A DNA stretch of 64,000 bases from an uncultured virus (IMG/VR IMGVR_UViG_2844359394_000002) (lineage: Duplodnaviria; Heunggongvirae; Uroviricota; Caudoviricetes): the IMG/VR virus record IMGVR_UViG_2844359394_000002. One strand, 5' to 3'. Below the pieces are notes generated by a model. That model was not told where the DNA came from, made no database searches, and was given only the letters and a program-made list of their open reading frames with translations. Made by a program: the position numbers and the translations under genes. This document shows positions 17,485 through 26,860 of this stretch, in pieces (position 1 is the first letter of the stretch; each line of letters begins with the position of its first letter).

Positions 17485-18249
17485 ATGAAAACGTGGACTG
17501 ACGAACAACTTGCTATACTTGACAGTGAGTACCCGACTGCTGATTTAAAAGAACTTGCTAGGCGTCTTGATAAAACACTTAGTGCTGTTAAAACAAAGGC
17601 CTTGATTCGAAAACTTAGGCGCTCTCCGAGAATCTCGTTTTGGAATAGTGAGAGACTTGATAAATTGAAAAAGTTGTATCCCAATCATACTAATGAGGAA
17701 ATAGCACAGATATTAGGTACCACTTATTCTGCTGTAAATGGAGTTGCATTTAAATTACGGCTCTTTAAATCTAAAGAATTTAAATTTCAATGCGCTTCTA
17801 AAAGCTTCTTTCCCAAAGGCCACCAACCGATGAACAAGGGACGTAAGCAAACGGAATATATGTCAGAGGAACAATTAGCAAAAACGAAAGCTACTCGATT
17901 TAAGAAAGGACATGTCCCCAAAAATCATAAACCAGTCGGTTATGAACGCATAACTCGTGACGGTTACATTGAAGTGAAAACTGCCGAACCGAATGTCTTT
18001 GAACTTAAACATCGGCTTGTATGGATTGAGCATAATGGAGAAATCCCCCCTGGTTATAATATTCAGTTTAAAGATGGCAACAGGCAAAACGTTTCCATTG
18101 AGAACCTTTACATGATTAGTCGTTCTGAACAATTAAAAAAAGAGAATTCTTTGTATGCCCGATATCCGGAAGATGTTCAGTACCTAATCAAACTAAAAGG
18201 AGCTTTGAATAGACAAATTAATAAAGCAACAAAAAAGAATGAATCATGA
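17485..18249 (+). CDS. HNH endonuclease with N-terminal HTH repeats
   Basis: KHRLVWIEHNGEIP...FKDGNRQNVSIENL. Confidence 0.8.
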   Translation: MKTWTDEQLAILDSEYPTADLKELARRLDKTLSAVKTKALIRKLRRSPRISFWNSERLDKLKKLYPNHTNEEIAQILGTTYSAVNGVAFKLRLFKSKEFKFQCASKSFFPKGHQPMNKGRKQTEYMSEEQLAKTKATRFKKGHVPKNHKPVGYERITRDGYIEVKTAEPNVFELKHRLVWIEHNGEIPPGYNIQFKDGNRQNVSIENLYMISRSEQLKKENSLYARYPEDVQYLIKLKGALNRQINKATKKNES

Positions 18250-18683
18250 CTGATGGAGCAATAGATAGATTGAAAGAAATGGTTAATAAACCATTCCTTT
18301 ATCAGAATGAAGAAGTTGTAATTCTCAATTACTGTGACGGTACCGGTGATGATGGTACCGAAGTTGAGATATACTTGAATAATGGCAAAGTATTGGTATT
18401 TAGTATGTTTGATTTGGCTTCCAAATTGAATCGTTTTCGGCCAATAACAAACACAGTTGTCGTGTTGGCTAATGAACGGTTGAATAAGGTGTCTACAGTG
18501 AACCCTACCATTTTACAAGATTTGAGGAATTTGGTTCTTCAACAAATTAAGGATGTGAAAGAAGATCCTAGTAAAGTGAGCCAAGCAAAACAAGTTTTCC
18601 AAGGGGTTAATACCGTAATCAATCTTGCTAAGACAGAATTAGAGTACAGGAAATATTTAGATACAACAGACCCCTCAAAATAA
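18246..18683 (+). CDS. Hypothetical phage protein
   Basis: 145-aa ORF with overlapping start/stop. Confidence 0.7.
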   Translation: MTDGAIDRLKEMVNKPFLYQNEEVVILNYCDGTGDDGTEVEIYLNNGKVLVFSMFDLASKLNRFRPITNTVVVLANERLNKVSTVNPTILQDLRNLVLQQIKDVKEDPSKVSQAKQVFQGVNTVINLAKTELEYRKYLDTTDPSK

Positions 18684-18792
18684 ATAATAGTATGCTGATA
18701 GATAAAGAATATGTTCATTGGTTTCGCATCAGAGACCAACCTAATAGAATCGTGTGAGATTATTCATAGTCTAACAATTTAACCCGATCGAT

Positions 18793-19086
18793 ATGATAAC
18801 ATTGAATAGGTTTGCCCAGAGATGCTTGAATATCATGAGGAAGCGCTTTAAGATGAATGAGCATAGCTCAAGAAAAGCGTTTAGCATAAGAATTGAAGCC
18901 GTTTGGAGAAAATTCGATATTGCTTCTAAATATAGGAGTGATAATCTTCCTAAATATTCGGAAGATGAAGAATTGGCAGCCGAGATGATAATTTACCTTG
19001 TTGCCTATTTAAAAAGATTTGGTTGTGAGGACATTGAACAGCTTATCAAAGATAAGATAGAGTTCGATGATAGAAAAAATGATTAG
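18793..19086 (+). CDS. Hypothetical protein, possibly MazG-like helical
   Basis: EELAAEMIIYLVAYLKRFGCEDIEQLIKDKIEF resembles a MazG C-terminus. Confidence 0.55.
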   Translation: MITLNRFAQRCLNIMRKRFKMNEHSSRKAFSIRIEAVWRKFDIASKYRSDNLPKYSEDEELAAEMIIYLVAYLKRFGCEDIEQLIKDKIEFDDRKND

Positions 19087-19146
19087 GTGTTGTTACTGAC
19101 TGTTTGTGTTGTTGATTTTGTGTTGTTGATTTTAATATAGTTAGTT

Positions 19147-19803
19147 ATGACAGAGATTATTCAAGTCTGCCTACTTGATTTTAATAAGGGGCAGCTCACG
19201 GGATTGCCGAAAAATCCACGTTTTTTTCGTGATTACCGCTTTGAAGCGATGAAGAAAAGCATTCAGGATTCGCCAGAGATGCTTGAGCTTCGAGAACTTA
19301 TAGTTTTTCCCTACAATGATGGCAGATATATTGTTGTTTGTGGTAATTTACGTTTGCGAGCTTGCAAGGAGTTAGGTTATAAAGAACTGCCTTGTAAAAT
19401 TCTGGCACCTGATACCCCCGTTAAGAAGTTGAGGGAATATGCCACTAAAGATAATGTCAATTTTGGTGAGAATGATTTGGACGTTATGGAAAACGAGTGG
19501 AATAAGGCGGAACTCCAAGACTGGGGCATCGAATTTGCCCCGGAGAAGAAAGAGGATGAATTTAAAGAGCGCTTCGATGCCATCACGGATGATACAGCCA
19601 TTTATCCTCTCATTCCAAAGTATGACGAAAAACATGAGTTGTTTATCATCACCTCAAGTAATGAGGTAGATAGCAACTGGCTTCGTGAGAGGCTGGACAT
19701 GCAGCACATGAAGTCGTACAAAACCGGGAAAATAAGTAAATCCAATGTAATTGATATAAAAGACGTTCGCCATGCCCTGCAAAATAGTAATACCAAGTCA
19801 TAA
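19147..19803 (+). CDS. ParB-like N-terminal domain protein
   Basis: PKNPRFF...MKKSI...VVCGNLRLRACKELG. Confidence 0.75.
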   Translation: MTEIIQVCLLDFNKGQLTGLPKNPRFFRDYRFEAMKKSIQDSPEMLELRELIVFPYNDGRYIVVCGNLRLRACKELGYKELPCKILAPDTPVKKLREYATKDNVNFGENDLDVMENEWNKAELQDWGIEFAPEKKEDEFKERFDAITDDTAIYPLIPKYDEKHELFIITSSNEVDSNWLRERLDMQHMKSYKTGKISKSNVIDIKDVRHALQNSNTKS

Positions 19804-20524
19804 ACGCCATGACCGGGTGTTCGCTAAAAAGTTGGTGAACGATCCTATCATTTGCGTTGCTGAAAGTCAAGCTGACTTATATCAGCAATTTAACCCGGAA
19901 TGTGAAATTGTAACTCATCCTGACGACGTTATGGGCCTCATCCCGAAACGTAATTGGATGGCAAAGCATTTTGGAGAACTTTTCATGCTTGATGATGATG
20001 TCCATGCCTGCAAACCTATTTATGTGGAAAAAGGAGAACCTAGCCGGATAAAGGATAAAGATAAGATAACTAATATCATTCAGTCATTATTTGAGATGGC
20101 CAGTATGATGGATGTACATCTGTTTGGCTTCACCGCTCGGATATCGCCGGTAATGTATGATGAATCCGCTTTTCTTTCTCTTTCGAAAATGATAACCGGT
20201 TGCAGTTATGGAGTAATCTATAACAAAAACACTTGGTGGAATGAGGAAATACGTTTGAAGGAAGATTTTTGGATTTCTTGTTACATGAAGTACAAAGAAC
20301 GTAAGGTTTTAACCGATTTGCGGTATAATTTTGAGCAAAAGAACACTTTTGTAAACGCTGGTGGGCTTGCTTCTATAAGGAATCAGGAAGAGGAACGTAA
20401 ATCTATCCTCTTTATCAAAAAGAATTTTGGTGATAGTATTTTGCTAAAGAGTGCAACCACTAATGGGAAAGACAAAACAAAGCAGCTCGTTCAATATAAT
20501 ATATCATGCAAATTCAAATTCTAA
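19772..20524 (+). CDS. GT-A glycosyltransferase, TAGT/GREB1-like
   Basis: IVIPSHKR, FMLDDD, KEDF, FVNAGGL motifs; coupled to the ParB-like gene. Confidence 0.65.
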   Translation: MPCKIVIPSHKRHDRVFAKKLVNDPIICVAESQADLYQQFNPECEIVTHPDDVMGLIPKRNWMAKHFGELFMLDDDVHACKPIYVEKGEPSRIKDKDKITNIIQSLFEMASMMDVHLFGFTARISPVMYDESAFLSLSKMITGCSYGVIYNKNTWWNEEIRLKEDFWISCYMKYKERKVLTDLRYNFEQKNTFVNAGGLASIRNQEEERKSILFIKKNFGDSILLKSATTNGKDKTKQLVQYNISCKFKF

Positions 20525-20532
20525 TAGTCTGT

Positions 20533-20635
20533 AAAAAAGGCGTTTAAATGGCGTCCATTCTGTTTGTCATATTCGCCTTTTTTAGCTAACTTTACTGACG
20601 TAATAAACTAAAAGTCAAACCATTAAATTAGAATT
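20533..20635 (+). promoter_or_regulatory. Repeated phage promoter element, copy 3 (divergent)
   Basis: AAAAAAGGCGTTTAAATGGCG, then TTTG-N20-TAACTTTA, then AAAGTCAAACCATTAAATTAGAATT. Confidence 0.75.
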
Positions 20636-21211
20636 ATGATTATAAGAACAGTTTGCGGATATGATTTCTTTGAGGTGAGTTCTGCAATGCAGAAAGCCAT
20701 TAGGCGAGCCGACACCGGGGTAGCCGGCTTTTTTGCATTGGAACTTTGGGCGAGTGGGTACCGCGACTATGTGTGGAAGCGTCTGTTTACCATTAGTGCT
20801 GAAGATTGCTATGGAATCATTACTAAAGAGATAGAAGCATTGTGGCAGGGGCATGAGCTGGTAAACAAGACTGCTACTGAACCCAAAGGGAGGATATTTG
20901 TCAGTAAAGCTGTTATTCTCCTTTGTGAATGTAGAAAGAATCGTGATGCGGATCATTTGCAAAACTTCATCTATGATAGAAAGGATATTGATATAGAAAA
21001 GTGGATAAATGATGTCAGGCGTTACCCTATTCCTATTCCAGATTACACTTTCGATGTACATACACGAAAGGGTAAAAAACATGGGAGAACCAAAGAAGAA
21101 TTCTTTCAGGAAGAATACAAGGCGTTACAACCTCGTGTTCCTGGTTTATTCGATGATTTGGTTCAACCCAGTCAACCAAAGTTATTTAATGATGAAACCA
21201 CGGCTAAGTAG
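20636..21211 (+). CDS. RarA/MgsA C-terminal-like domain protein
   Basis: SAMQKAIRRAD...WKRLFTISAEDCYG; no ATPase domain. Confidence 0.7.
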   Translation: MIIRTVCGYDFFEVSSAMQKAIRRADTGVAGFFALELWASGYRDYVWKRLFTISAEDCYGIITKEIEALWQGHELVNKTATEPKGRIFVSKAVILLCECRKNRDADHLQNFIYDRKDIDIEKWINDVRRYPIPIPDYTFDVHTRKGKKHGRTKEEFFQEEYKALQPRVPGLFDDLVQPSQPKLFNDETTAK

Positions 21212-21296
21212 CTGTGGTTTCTCATTTTTCATATAAGTCAAACCAATTTAATTAAAAAAATAGAACACGTATTACAAATTTGCGCCAAATGTATTT

Positions 21297-21908
21297 TTGG
21301 CAAAGTGTGATGAGAAGCACGAAAAAGGTGAAACTATTGAAGTTACCACCAAGTATGGTAAGGAGAACGAAAGTATAGTATTTAACCTAATCTTCGAAAA
21401 AGATGGGTTTTACTATTATTCCATCGTTAGAGCTGACGGCTTTAATGTTCAAGAATGGGCTAAGCAAAGAGCGGAACGCAGGCATGAATGGGCGTCATCG
21501 GCAGTACAAAAAAGTAATGAGTATTTTCAGAAATCAAATAAGCATCGTGATTTCCTTTCTTTGGGTGAGCCTATCAAAGTTGGACACCACAGCGAACGAG
21601 GACATCGCAAAATGATAGATGATGCCTGGAATAACATGGGGAAAAGCGTTGAGTTTAGCGATAAGGCTGCCGAACATGAAAGAGTTGCGAAGTATTGGGA
21701 AAAAAGGGCTAATACGATAAACTTGTCCATGCCGGAAAGTATAGATTTCTACGAACATAAGTTGGAACAAGCAAAAGAATATCACGAAGGATTGAAGTCC
21801 GGTAAGTACCGACGCGAGCATACATACGCTATGGCTTATGCCAATAAAGCAGTAAAAGAGGCTAAAAAAAATTATGACCTTGCAGTAAAGCTGTGGGGCG
21901 ATGTTTAA
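21297..21908 (+). CDS. DUF3560-like phage protein; expected start at 21261 reads TAG
   Basis: GEPIKVGHHSERGHRK motif; frame open back to 21264. Confidence 0.7.
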   Translation: MAKCDEKHEKGETIEVTTKYGKENESIVFNLIFEKDGFYYYSIVRADGFNVQEWAKQRAERRHEWASSAVQKSNEYFQKSNKHRDFLSLGEPIKVGHHSERGHRKMIDDAWNNMGKSVEFSDKAAEHERVAKYWEKRANTINLSMPESIDFYEHKLEQAKEYHEGLKSGKYRREHTYAMAYANKAVKEAKKNYDLAVKLWGDV

Positions 21909-21936
21909 TAATCTGTAGTATCTCAAATAATTTACT

Positions 21937-22401
21937 ATGAGAGAATTATCAAAAGAAACCTCATTACAAAGGGTAATGAGGGCTTCAGGTCGTGTACCTG
22001 TACAATGCTCATGCAGTGTTTGTAAACAACAATGTCATACGCCATGTTTAGGTACTCCTGATGATATTGAACGAATTATTGATGCAGGTTATGCCGACAG
22101 GTTAGCGCTGACGAACTGGGCTGCTGGTATATTCTTAGGGGTTATTAATATTGCTATTCCGATGATTCAGCCCGTTGCTGGTAAGGAGTATTGTGCTTTT
22201 TTCGAGAATGGACTGTGTATCTTACATGATAAGGGTTTGAAGCCCACTGAAGGACGTTTGTCTCATCACACAGTCAGGAAGGATAACTTCAATCCTGCTA
22301 TGAGTATTGCTTGGAACGTTGCAAAAGAATGGCTGATGCCGGAGAATGAGGATGTACTTTCTCGTGTAGTAAATAAATTCTTGAATGCGAGGAAGCCATG
22401 A
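21937..22401 (+). CDS. Cys-rich hypothetical protein (zinc or Fe-S cluster-like)
   Basis: CSCSVCKQQC...CAFFENGLCILH..KP. Confidence 0.7.
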   Translation: MRELSKETSLQRVMRASGRVPVQCSCSVCKQQCHTPCLGTPDDIERIIDAGYADRLALTNWAAGIFLGVINIAIPMIQPVAGKEYCAFFENGLCILHDKGLKPTEGRLSHHTVRKDNFNPAMSIAWNVAKEWLMPENEDVLSRVVNKFLNARKP

Positions 22402-22724
22402 ATGTGTGTCAATCAATACCTCGTAGAGATTGTAAGGTGTTTGCTAAATGTGGAGCAAAATCCTTATCACATTGCCGGCGGCACCGCGAAACTGATGAGA
22501 AGTGTAAAAGTTGTACTCTAATTCGTCGTAAGCCGCGTAATCGGATTATAGATGATTCAGGACGTGAAATGAAAAGATGTACCCATTGCGGAAATTACTT
22601 CTACTTGAACCGGTTCTACAATCGTATAGTGGTGAGAAAAGGTAAGGAATATCATTTGTTGACTTCCTGGTGCCGTATGTGTATGTCACAGATTAATAAT
22701 CAGAGGGCAAAGAAGAAAAAGTGA
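22398..22724 (+). CDS. Zinc-finger hypothetical protein
   Basis: CTHCG...WCRMC. Confidence 0.6.
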   Translation: MNVCQSIPRRDCKVFAKCGAKSLSHCRRHRETDEKCKSCTLIRRKPRNRIIDDSGREMKRCTHCGNYFYLNRFYNRIVVRKGKEYHLLTSWCRMCMSQINNQRAKKKK

Positions 22725-22745
22725 CTTGTCCATTAAATTTTTTGT

Positions 22746-23468
22746 ATGAAATATTATGCTTCAGTTAGCTTTGGAAAGGATTCCTTGGCAATGCTTTTCA
22801 TGCTAATAGATAAAGGATATCAGTTGGATGAAGTCGTTTTCTATGATACAGGTATGGAATTTCAGGCAATCTATAACACTCGTGATGCTGTTCTTCCAAT
22901 TCTTAAAAAACTTGGCATTAAATATACAGAACTGCATCCGGAGCAACCTTTTCTTTGGACAATGTTTGAAAGGCCGGTTAAGAAAAGAGGGACCAATATT
23001 ATCCATAAAAAAGGATATAGTTGGTGTGGGGGAACATGCCGGTGGGGAACGAGTGAAAAACTTCGTGCATTGAAAGCTCACACAAAAGACGGAATTGATT
23101 ATGTCGGTATTGCTGCCGATGAGACCCATCGTTTTGAAAAGGAAAAACGACCAAATCGGGTTTTACCACTTCGTGATTGGGGCATTACTGAAGCAGATGC
23201 ACTCCAGTATTGTTACACAAAAGGCTTTGTTTGGCATGAGGATGGAGTAAGGCTATATGAGCTACTTGATCGTGTGAGTTGCTGGTGTTGTGGAAATAAG
23301 AACTTGAAGGAGTTGAAGAATATGTATTTGTACCTTCCATGGTATTGGAAAAAGCTGAAAGAACTTCAGTTAAATACCGATAGGCCCTATCGTCGTAATA
23401 GTGGAGAAACCATTTTTGATTTAGAGGAAAGATTTAGACGTGAATTGTTGAAGAAAAAAACTGATTAA
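22746..23468 (+). CDS. PAPS reductase-family (PP-loop) protein
   Basis: SVSFGKDS, YDTGMEF, GIAADE, RVSCWCC. Confidence 0.85.
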   Translation: MKYYASVSFGKDSLAMLFMLIDKGYQLDEVVFYDTGMEFQAIYNTRDAVLPILKKLGIKYTELHPEQPFLWTMFERPVKKRGTNIIHKKGYSWCGGTCRWGTSEKLRALKAHTKDGIDYVGIAADETHRFEKEKRPNRVLPLRDWGITEADALQYCYTKGFVWHEDGVRLYELLDRVSCWCCGNKNLKELKNMYLYLPWYWKKLKELQLNTDRPYRRNSGETIFDLEERFRRELLKKKTD

Positions 23469-23556
23469 AATGGCGTTAAAATGGCGAAGTTTCTGTTTGC
23501 TAAACTTGTCAATAACGATTACCTTTATAGACGTAAAGCATTAAAAGTCAATCAAC
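23467..23556 (+). promoter_or_regulatory. Repeated phage promoter element, copy 4
   Basis: AAAATGGCGTTAAAATGGCG, then TTTG-N20-TACCTTTA; near-identical to copy 1 over ~60 bp. Confidence 0.8.
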
Positions 23557-23802
23557 ATGAAGAGGAATGAAAAAATAGAAAAATTAGAAAGACTAGGTAT
23601 TTTCAATCAATGGAAATATAACACAGAAAGAGCAAATGATACATTTAATATTGAGTGTCCTGACTTCTCAATGACAAATGAAGAGCGGGTGAACAATTTG
23701 TTAGATGTTGATTGCTGTTTTCATCGATTTCTAGCTATCTCATTCCCTTTTAATGGTACTCCTGAAGGCGTTGCTTTTTGGGAGAATATTGCAAAAAAAT
23801 AA
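23557..23802 (+). CDS. Hypothetical protein
   Basis: 81-aa ORF after promoter copy 4. Confidence 0.65.
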   Translation: MKRNEKIEKLERLGIFNQWKYNTERANDTFNIECPDFSMTNEERVNNLLDVDCCFHRFLAISFPFNGTPEGVAFWENIAKK

Positions 23803-23825
23803 TCGAACTTAATTGAATTGAAATT

Positions 23826-24095
23826 ATGAGTAAAAAAGATTTAATAGAGCAGAACATTACAAGAGTTCAAGAATATGTGAGGGAACTTATTGAAGATGCA
23901 AAGTGGAATAATGGTGTTTCGGAAACTCTTGAATCTACTTCAATAATTGTAGGTAATTTTTGTTCTATGGTACTTCGATTAATGGATACTGAAGAATACA
24001 ATAACAATTATTGCAAATCATTGGATTTAGTTCTGAAGCTGTTTCCTGAAATAGATGGAGAATTATTAGAAAAGGAATTGGATAGATATATTTAA
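23826..24095 (+). CDS. Hypothetical protein
   Basis: 89-aa ORF. Confidence 0.55.
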   Translation: MSKKDLIEQNITRVQEYVRELIEDAKWNNGVSETLESTSIIVGNFCSMVLRLMDTEEYNNNYCKSLDLVLKLFPEIDGELLEKELDRYI

Positions 24096-24106
24096 GCATT
24101 ACAAGG

Positions 24107-24715
24107 ATGAGTAAAATGAATTTAAATGAATTAAGAGACAAAGCATATAAAACAGCTTGTGAACATGGGTTTCACGATCAAGAGCTAAGTAACAATCATT
24201 TTCTTTGCCTTGTGATTTCTGAATTGATGGAAGCTGTGGAAGCAGATAGAAAAGGAAGGCGTGCTAATGTTGATCGGTATAATAAGAAGATTGCTAACAG
24301 CCGCATTTGTCAAGGATTGGATTCTGACATTCCCAAAGAGCGTGGTTACGAAGTCGCATACAATGAAACTATAAAAGGCTCAATTGAGGAAGAGTTAGTC
24401 GATGCTGTAATCCGCTTGCTTGAGCTTGCAGGACTTCGAGGAATAAGCCTTGAACTTGCCAACGGAGATATTGATGACTGTATTGAAGATATGGCAGAAG
24501 CTTGTAAAGACGAAACTTTCACCGAATCAATCTATTCCATCTCTACACTTCCTGTTAGGTATGACGGAATATTTGATTTTCCTACAACCGTGAATGATAT
24601 GATACTATCAATCTTCGGGCTTGCCAAGCACTTAGATATAGACCTGCTTTGGCACATCGAGCAGAAAATGAAGTATAACGAACTTCGTGAAAAGATGCAC
24701 GGGAAGAAGTATTAA
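24107..24715 (+). CDS. MazG-like nucleotide pyrophosphohydrolase
   Basis: LVISELMEAVEADRK...EEELVDAVIRLL...KMKYNELR. Confidence 0.75.
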   Translation: MSKMNLNELRDKAYKTACEHGFHDQELSNNHFLCLVISELMEAVEADRKGRRANVDRYNKKIANSRICQGLDSDIPKERGYEVAYNETIKGSIEEELVDAVIRLLELAGLRGISLELANGDIDDCIEDMAEACKDETFTESIYSISTLPVRYDGIFDFPTTVNDMILSIFGLAKHLDIDLLWHIEQKMKYNELREKMHGKKY

Positions 24716-24792
24716 CTCTCAATACCGAAGATAGAAATGAGTAAAGCGATAAATGAAAAAGTCCTGAATAGGTAGTCAGGACTTTACTGAGA

Positions 24793-25071
24793 TTAGATAT
24801 AAATCTGAAACATTAGAGATTCGACATATTTGCCTTTCATATCACTTCCAGTACTTGATTCAAGAGTCACATGATTGGTTTTTACTGTATAGCCATCAGG
24901 CATTAAGCTATTTATGTGATTACAAATAGCGTTTTCTAAATGGTTCGGTTCCCCGTAATAAGGAGTTTCACATACTACTTTTACAACAGTGTTTCCGGAT
25001 GGCTCAAACAATCTCAGTGAAATCCTTTGATTAAGCTCATAGCCTTCTTTTGTAGATTTAATTACTAACAT
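24793..25071 (-). CDS. Moron hypothetical protein
   Basis: Opposite strand; own -7 box TATCTTTG at 25096-25103; start moved to MLVIKS; hairpin at ~24757-24787 downstream. Confidence 0.6.
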   Translation of the reverse strand: MLVIKSTKEGYELNQRISLRLFEPSGNTVVKVVCETPYYGEPNHLENAICNHINSLMPDGYTVKTNHVTLESSTGSDMKGKYVESLMFQIYI

Positions 25072-25196
25072 ATTTTTATTTTTAAAATTAGACAACAAAG
25101 ATAGGCAATAGTTATTTATAAAACAATGAGATGATTGATTTACAGTATGTAAATGATATGTAAATGGATAAATATTAATTAAAATCATAAAAAGAA

Positions 25197-25445
25197 ATGA
25201 GCGTTTTTGTAAAGCATTTCAGCAAGAAGGTACCCCACAGGTGGTACAGACATGGAAGGAAGGTGTTCCGGCTGACTCCTAAAAGCATGTTTGACAAGAA
25301 ATCCCGGACTTTCCATTATGAATGTATCGAGAACAACTATAAGAGCGGGTGCTACATCATAGGGTTCAACCTTTATGATGACATGATCCCGATAACGGAG
25401 GATGAGTGGCGGAACGCTATGGAGAATTGCATAAACCCGTATTGA
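25197..25445 (+). CDS. Hypothetical protein
   Basis: 82-aa ORF. Confidence 0.6.
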   Translation: MSVFVKHFSKKVPHRWYRHGRKVFRLTPKSMFDKKSRTFHYECIENNYKSGCYIIGFNLYDDMIPITEDEWRNAMENCINPY

Positions 25446-25447
25446 TT

Positions 25448-25696
25448 ATGAGTGAATATTCATTGAAAGAAAGAGCTCAGATGTTAACATCATTGCTTGT
25501 ATATGGCGGTCCTATGACATTTGAGCAAATCAAGAAATTAGATTGGTTGAAAAATACATCTGAATACGGAATATTATTCTATCTCCGGGAAGCTGAAAGA
25601 TATGAATGGATAAAAACTAAATGTTTCAGCGGTGGTAAGCCGAATATCTATTCGGCAACGGCTAAAGGCCGAAGAATGGCTGAAGCAAGAGATTAA
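25448..25696 (+). CDS. Small winged-helix-like protein
   Basis: YSATAKGR C-terminal wing motif. Confidence 0.55.
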   Translation: MSEYSLKERAQMLTSLLVYGGPMTFEQIKKLDWLKNTSEYGILFYLREAERYEWIKTKCFSGGKPNIYSATAKGRRMAEARD

Positions 25697-25716
25697 TATT
25701 CAAATACAGAGTAAAT

Positions 25717-26274
25717 ATGAGTGAAGTAGAATTAAAGAAGTTGTTTCAAATAGAGGATATATTATCACTTCCTAATGCGATTTTTAAAATAATCTTTGAT
25801 AATGACGAAAGATTGCATCATATATATCGAGAGTTATTACAACTCAATACTCATGATCTTTCAAGAGATTGGTTTCAAGATATATATGAGGGTGAATTGG
25901 CTCAAAGAAACCAAAACAAGCAGGATTTTACTCCTAATGTAGTAGGAATACTACTATCAAGATTGACAGGGGTTTCCAAAGGGGTGATTTACGAACCTAC
26001 TGCCGGGAATGGTTCCCTTATTATTTCTAACTGGTGGCATAGAGTTAAAACTTTAGGAACTGATTTCAAACCGTCTGAACACCCCGTTGAATGCTGGGAG
26101 TTGTCTGATAGGTCTATTCCGTTACTCTTGCTTAATTTATCGATACGTGGTATTAATGCAACTGTGTATCATGGTGATGTACTTGTAAAATCAATAAAAA
26201 GTGAATATCGCTTGCTGAACGTGAAAGATATTCCATTCGATTTTTCCATTATAGAAAAGATTAGTTATGATTGA
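25717..26274 (+). CDS. N6-adenine DNA methyltransferase (HsdM-like), N-terminal half
   Basis: QDFTP and IYEPTAGNGSL (SAM-binding motif I), LNLSIRGI, HGDVL; ends before motif IV. Confidence 0.8.
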   Translation: MSEVELKKLFQIEDILSLPNAIFKIIFDNDERLHHIYRELLQLNTHDLSRDWFQDIYEGELAQRNQNKQDFTPNVVGILLSRLTGVSKGVIYEPTAGNGSLIISNWWHRVKTLGTDFKPSEHPVECWELSDRSIPLLLLNLSIRGINATVYHGDVLVKSIKSEYRLLNVKDIPFDFSIIEKISYD

Positions 26275-26860
26275 CGATAATTTTATAAAGAATCTGTACC
26301 AATACACTAGGAAAAGAATCAATTTCTTGTTTCCTGGCATTGATATTAATTACATGGATATCTCTCATTCCGTTATAGCTGACGAACGTTTTTCTATTGA
26401 AAATTGGCGGGATTTGGTTGATCGTCTGATTTACGATGAGGTTTCCTTTATAAAAAGAAACAACCGTTTTGGGGAAGCTGATTTAGCAATTAGAAATACT
26501 CCTGAAAATATTTTATTATGTAATAAATGTGGGGAGTATGTACCTGAAAGCAAATTCTATTTAAGTACGAAAATTTGTAATTCATGTTATTATATTGAAA
26601 ATCGGGAAAAAATACTGAAGAATAATAAGGCATATCGGATTCGTAACAGAGACAAATTACTTGCCCGTAGGAAAGAATTGCGAAATGCCAATATTGAACA
26701 TTATAGAGAATTGGAGAGGGCTAGTTACAAGCGTAGATATAAGGTTAATAAGGAAAAGATATTAGAGAAAAATAGAAAATATCAATTAGCTCACAAAAGT
26801 GAAATACGTGAGTATATGAAAGTGTATTATCAAAAAAATAAATCAAAATGGAAACAGTAA
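26267..26860 (+). CDS. Zinc-finger/basic-repeat protein inserted in the methyltransferase
   Basis: CNKCGE...CNSC followed by NREKI/NRDKL/NKEKI basic repeats, as in the N-termini of phage homing nucleases. Confidence 0.7.
   Translation: MIDDNFIKNLYQYTRKRINFLFPGIDINYMDISHSVIADERFSIENWRDLVDRLIYDEVSFIKRNNRFGEADLAIRNTPENILLCNKCGEYVPESKFYLSTKICNSCYYIENREKILKNNKAYRIRNRDKLLARRKELRNANIEHYRELERASYKRRYKVNKEKILEKNRKYQLAHKSEIREYMKVYYQKNKSKWKQ

Noticed and set aside
21254..21297. TAG in place of the expected ATG as stop-codon recoding or regulation
   Set aside because: Other genes end normally in TAG; the anomaly follows an A homopolymer and is most simply a read error or single mutation
8779..23556. AAAATGGCG-containing repeats as a CRISPR array, att sites or invertible repeats
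   Set aside because: Copies are kilobases apart, all in the same orientation, always just upstream of an ATG, and contain promoter boxes
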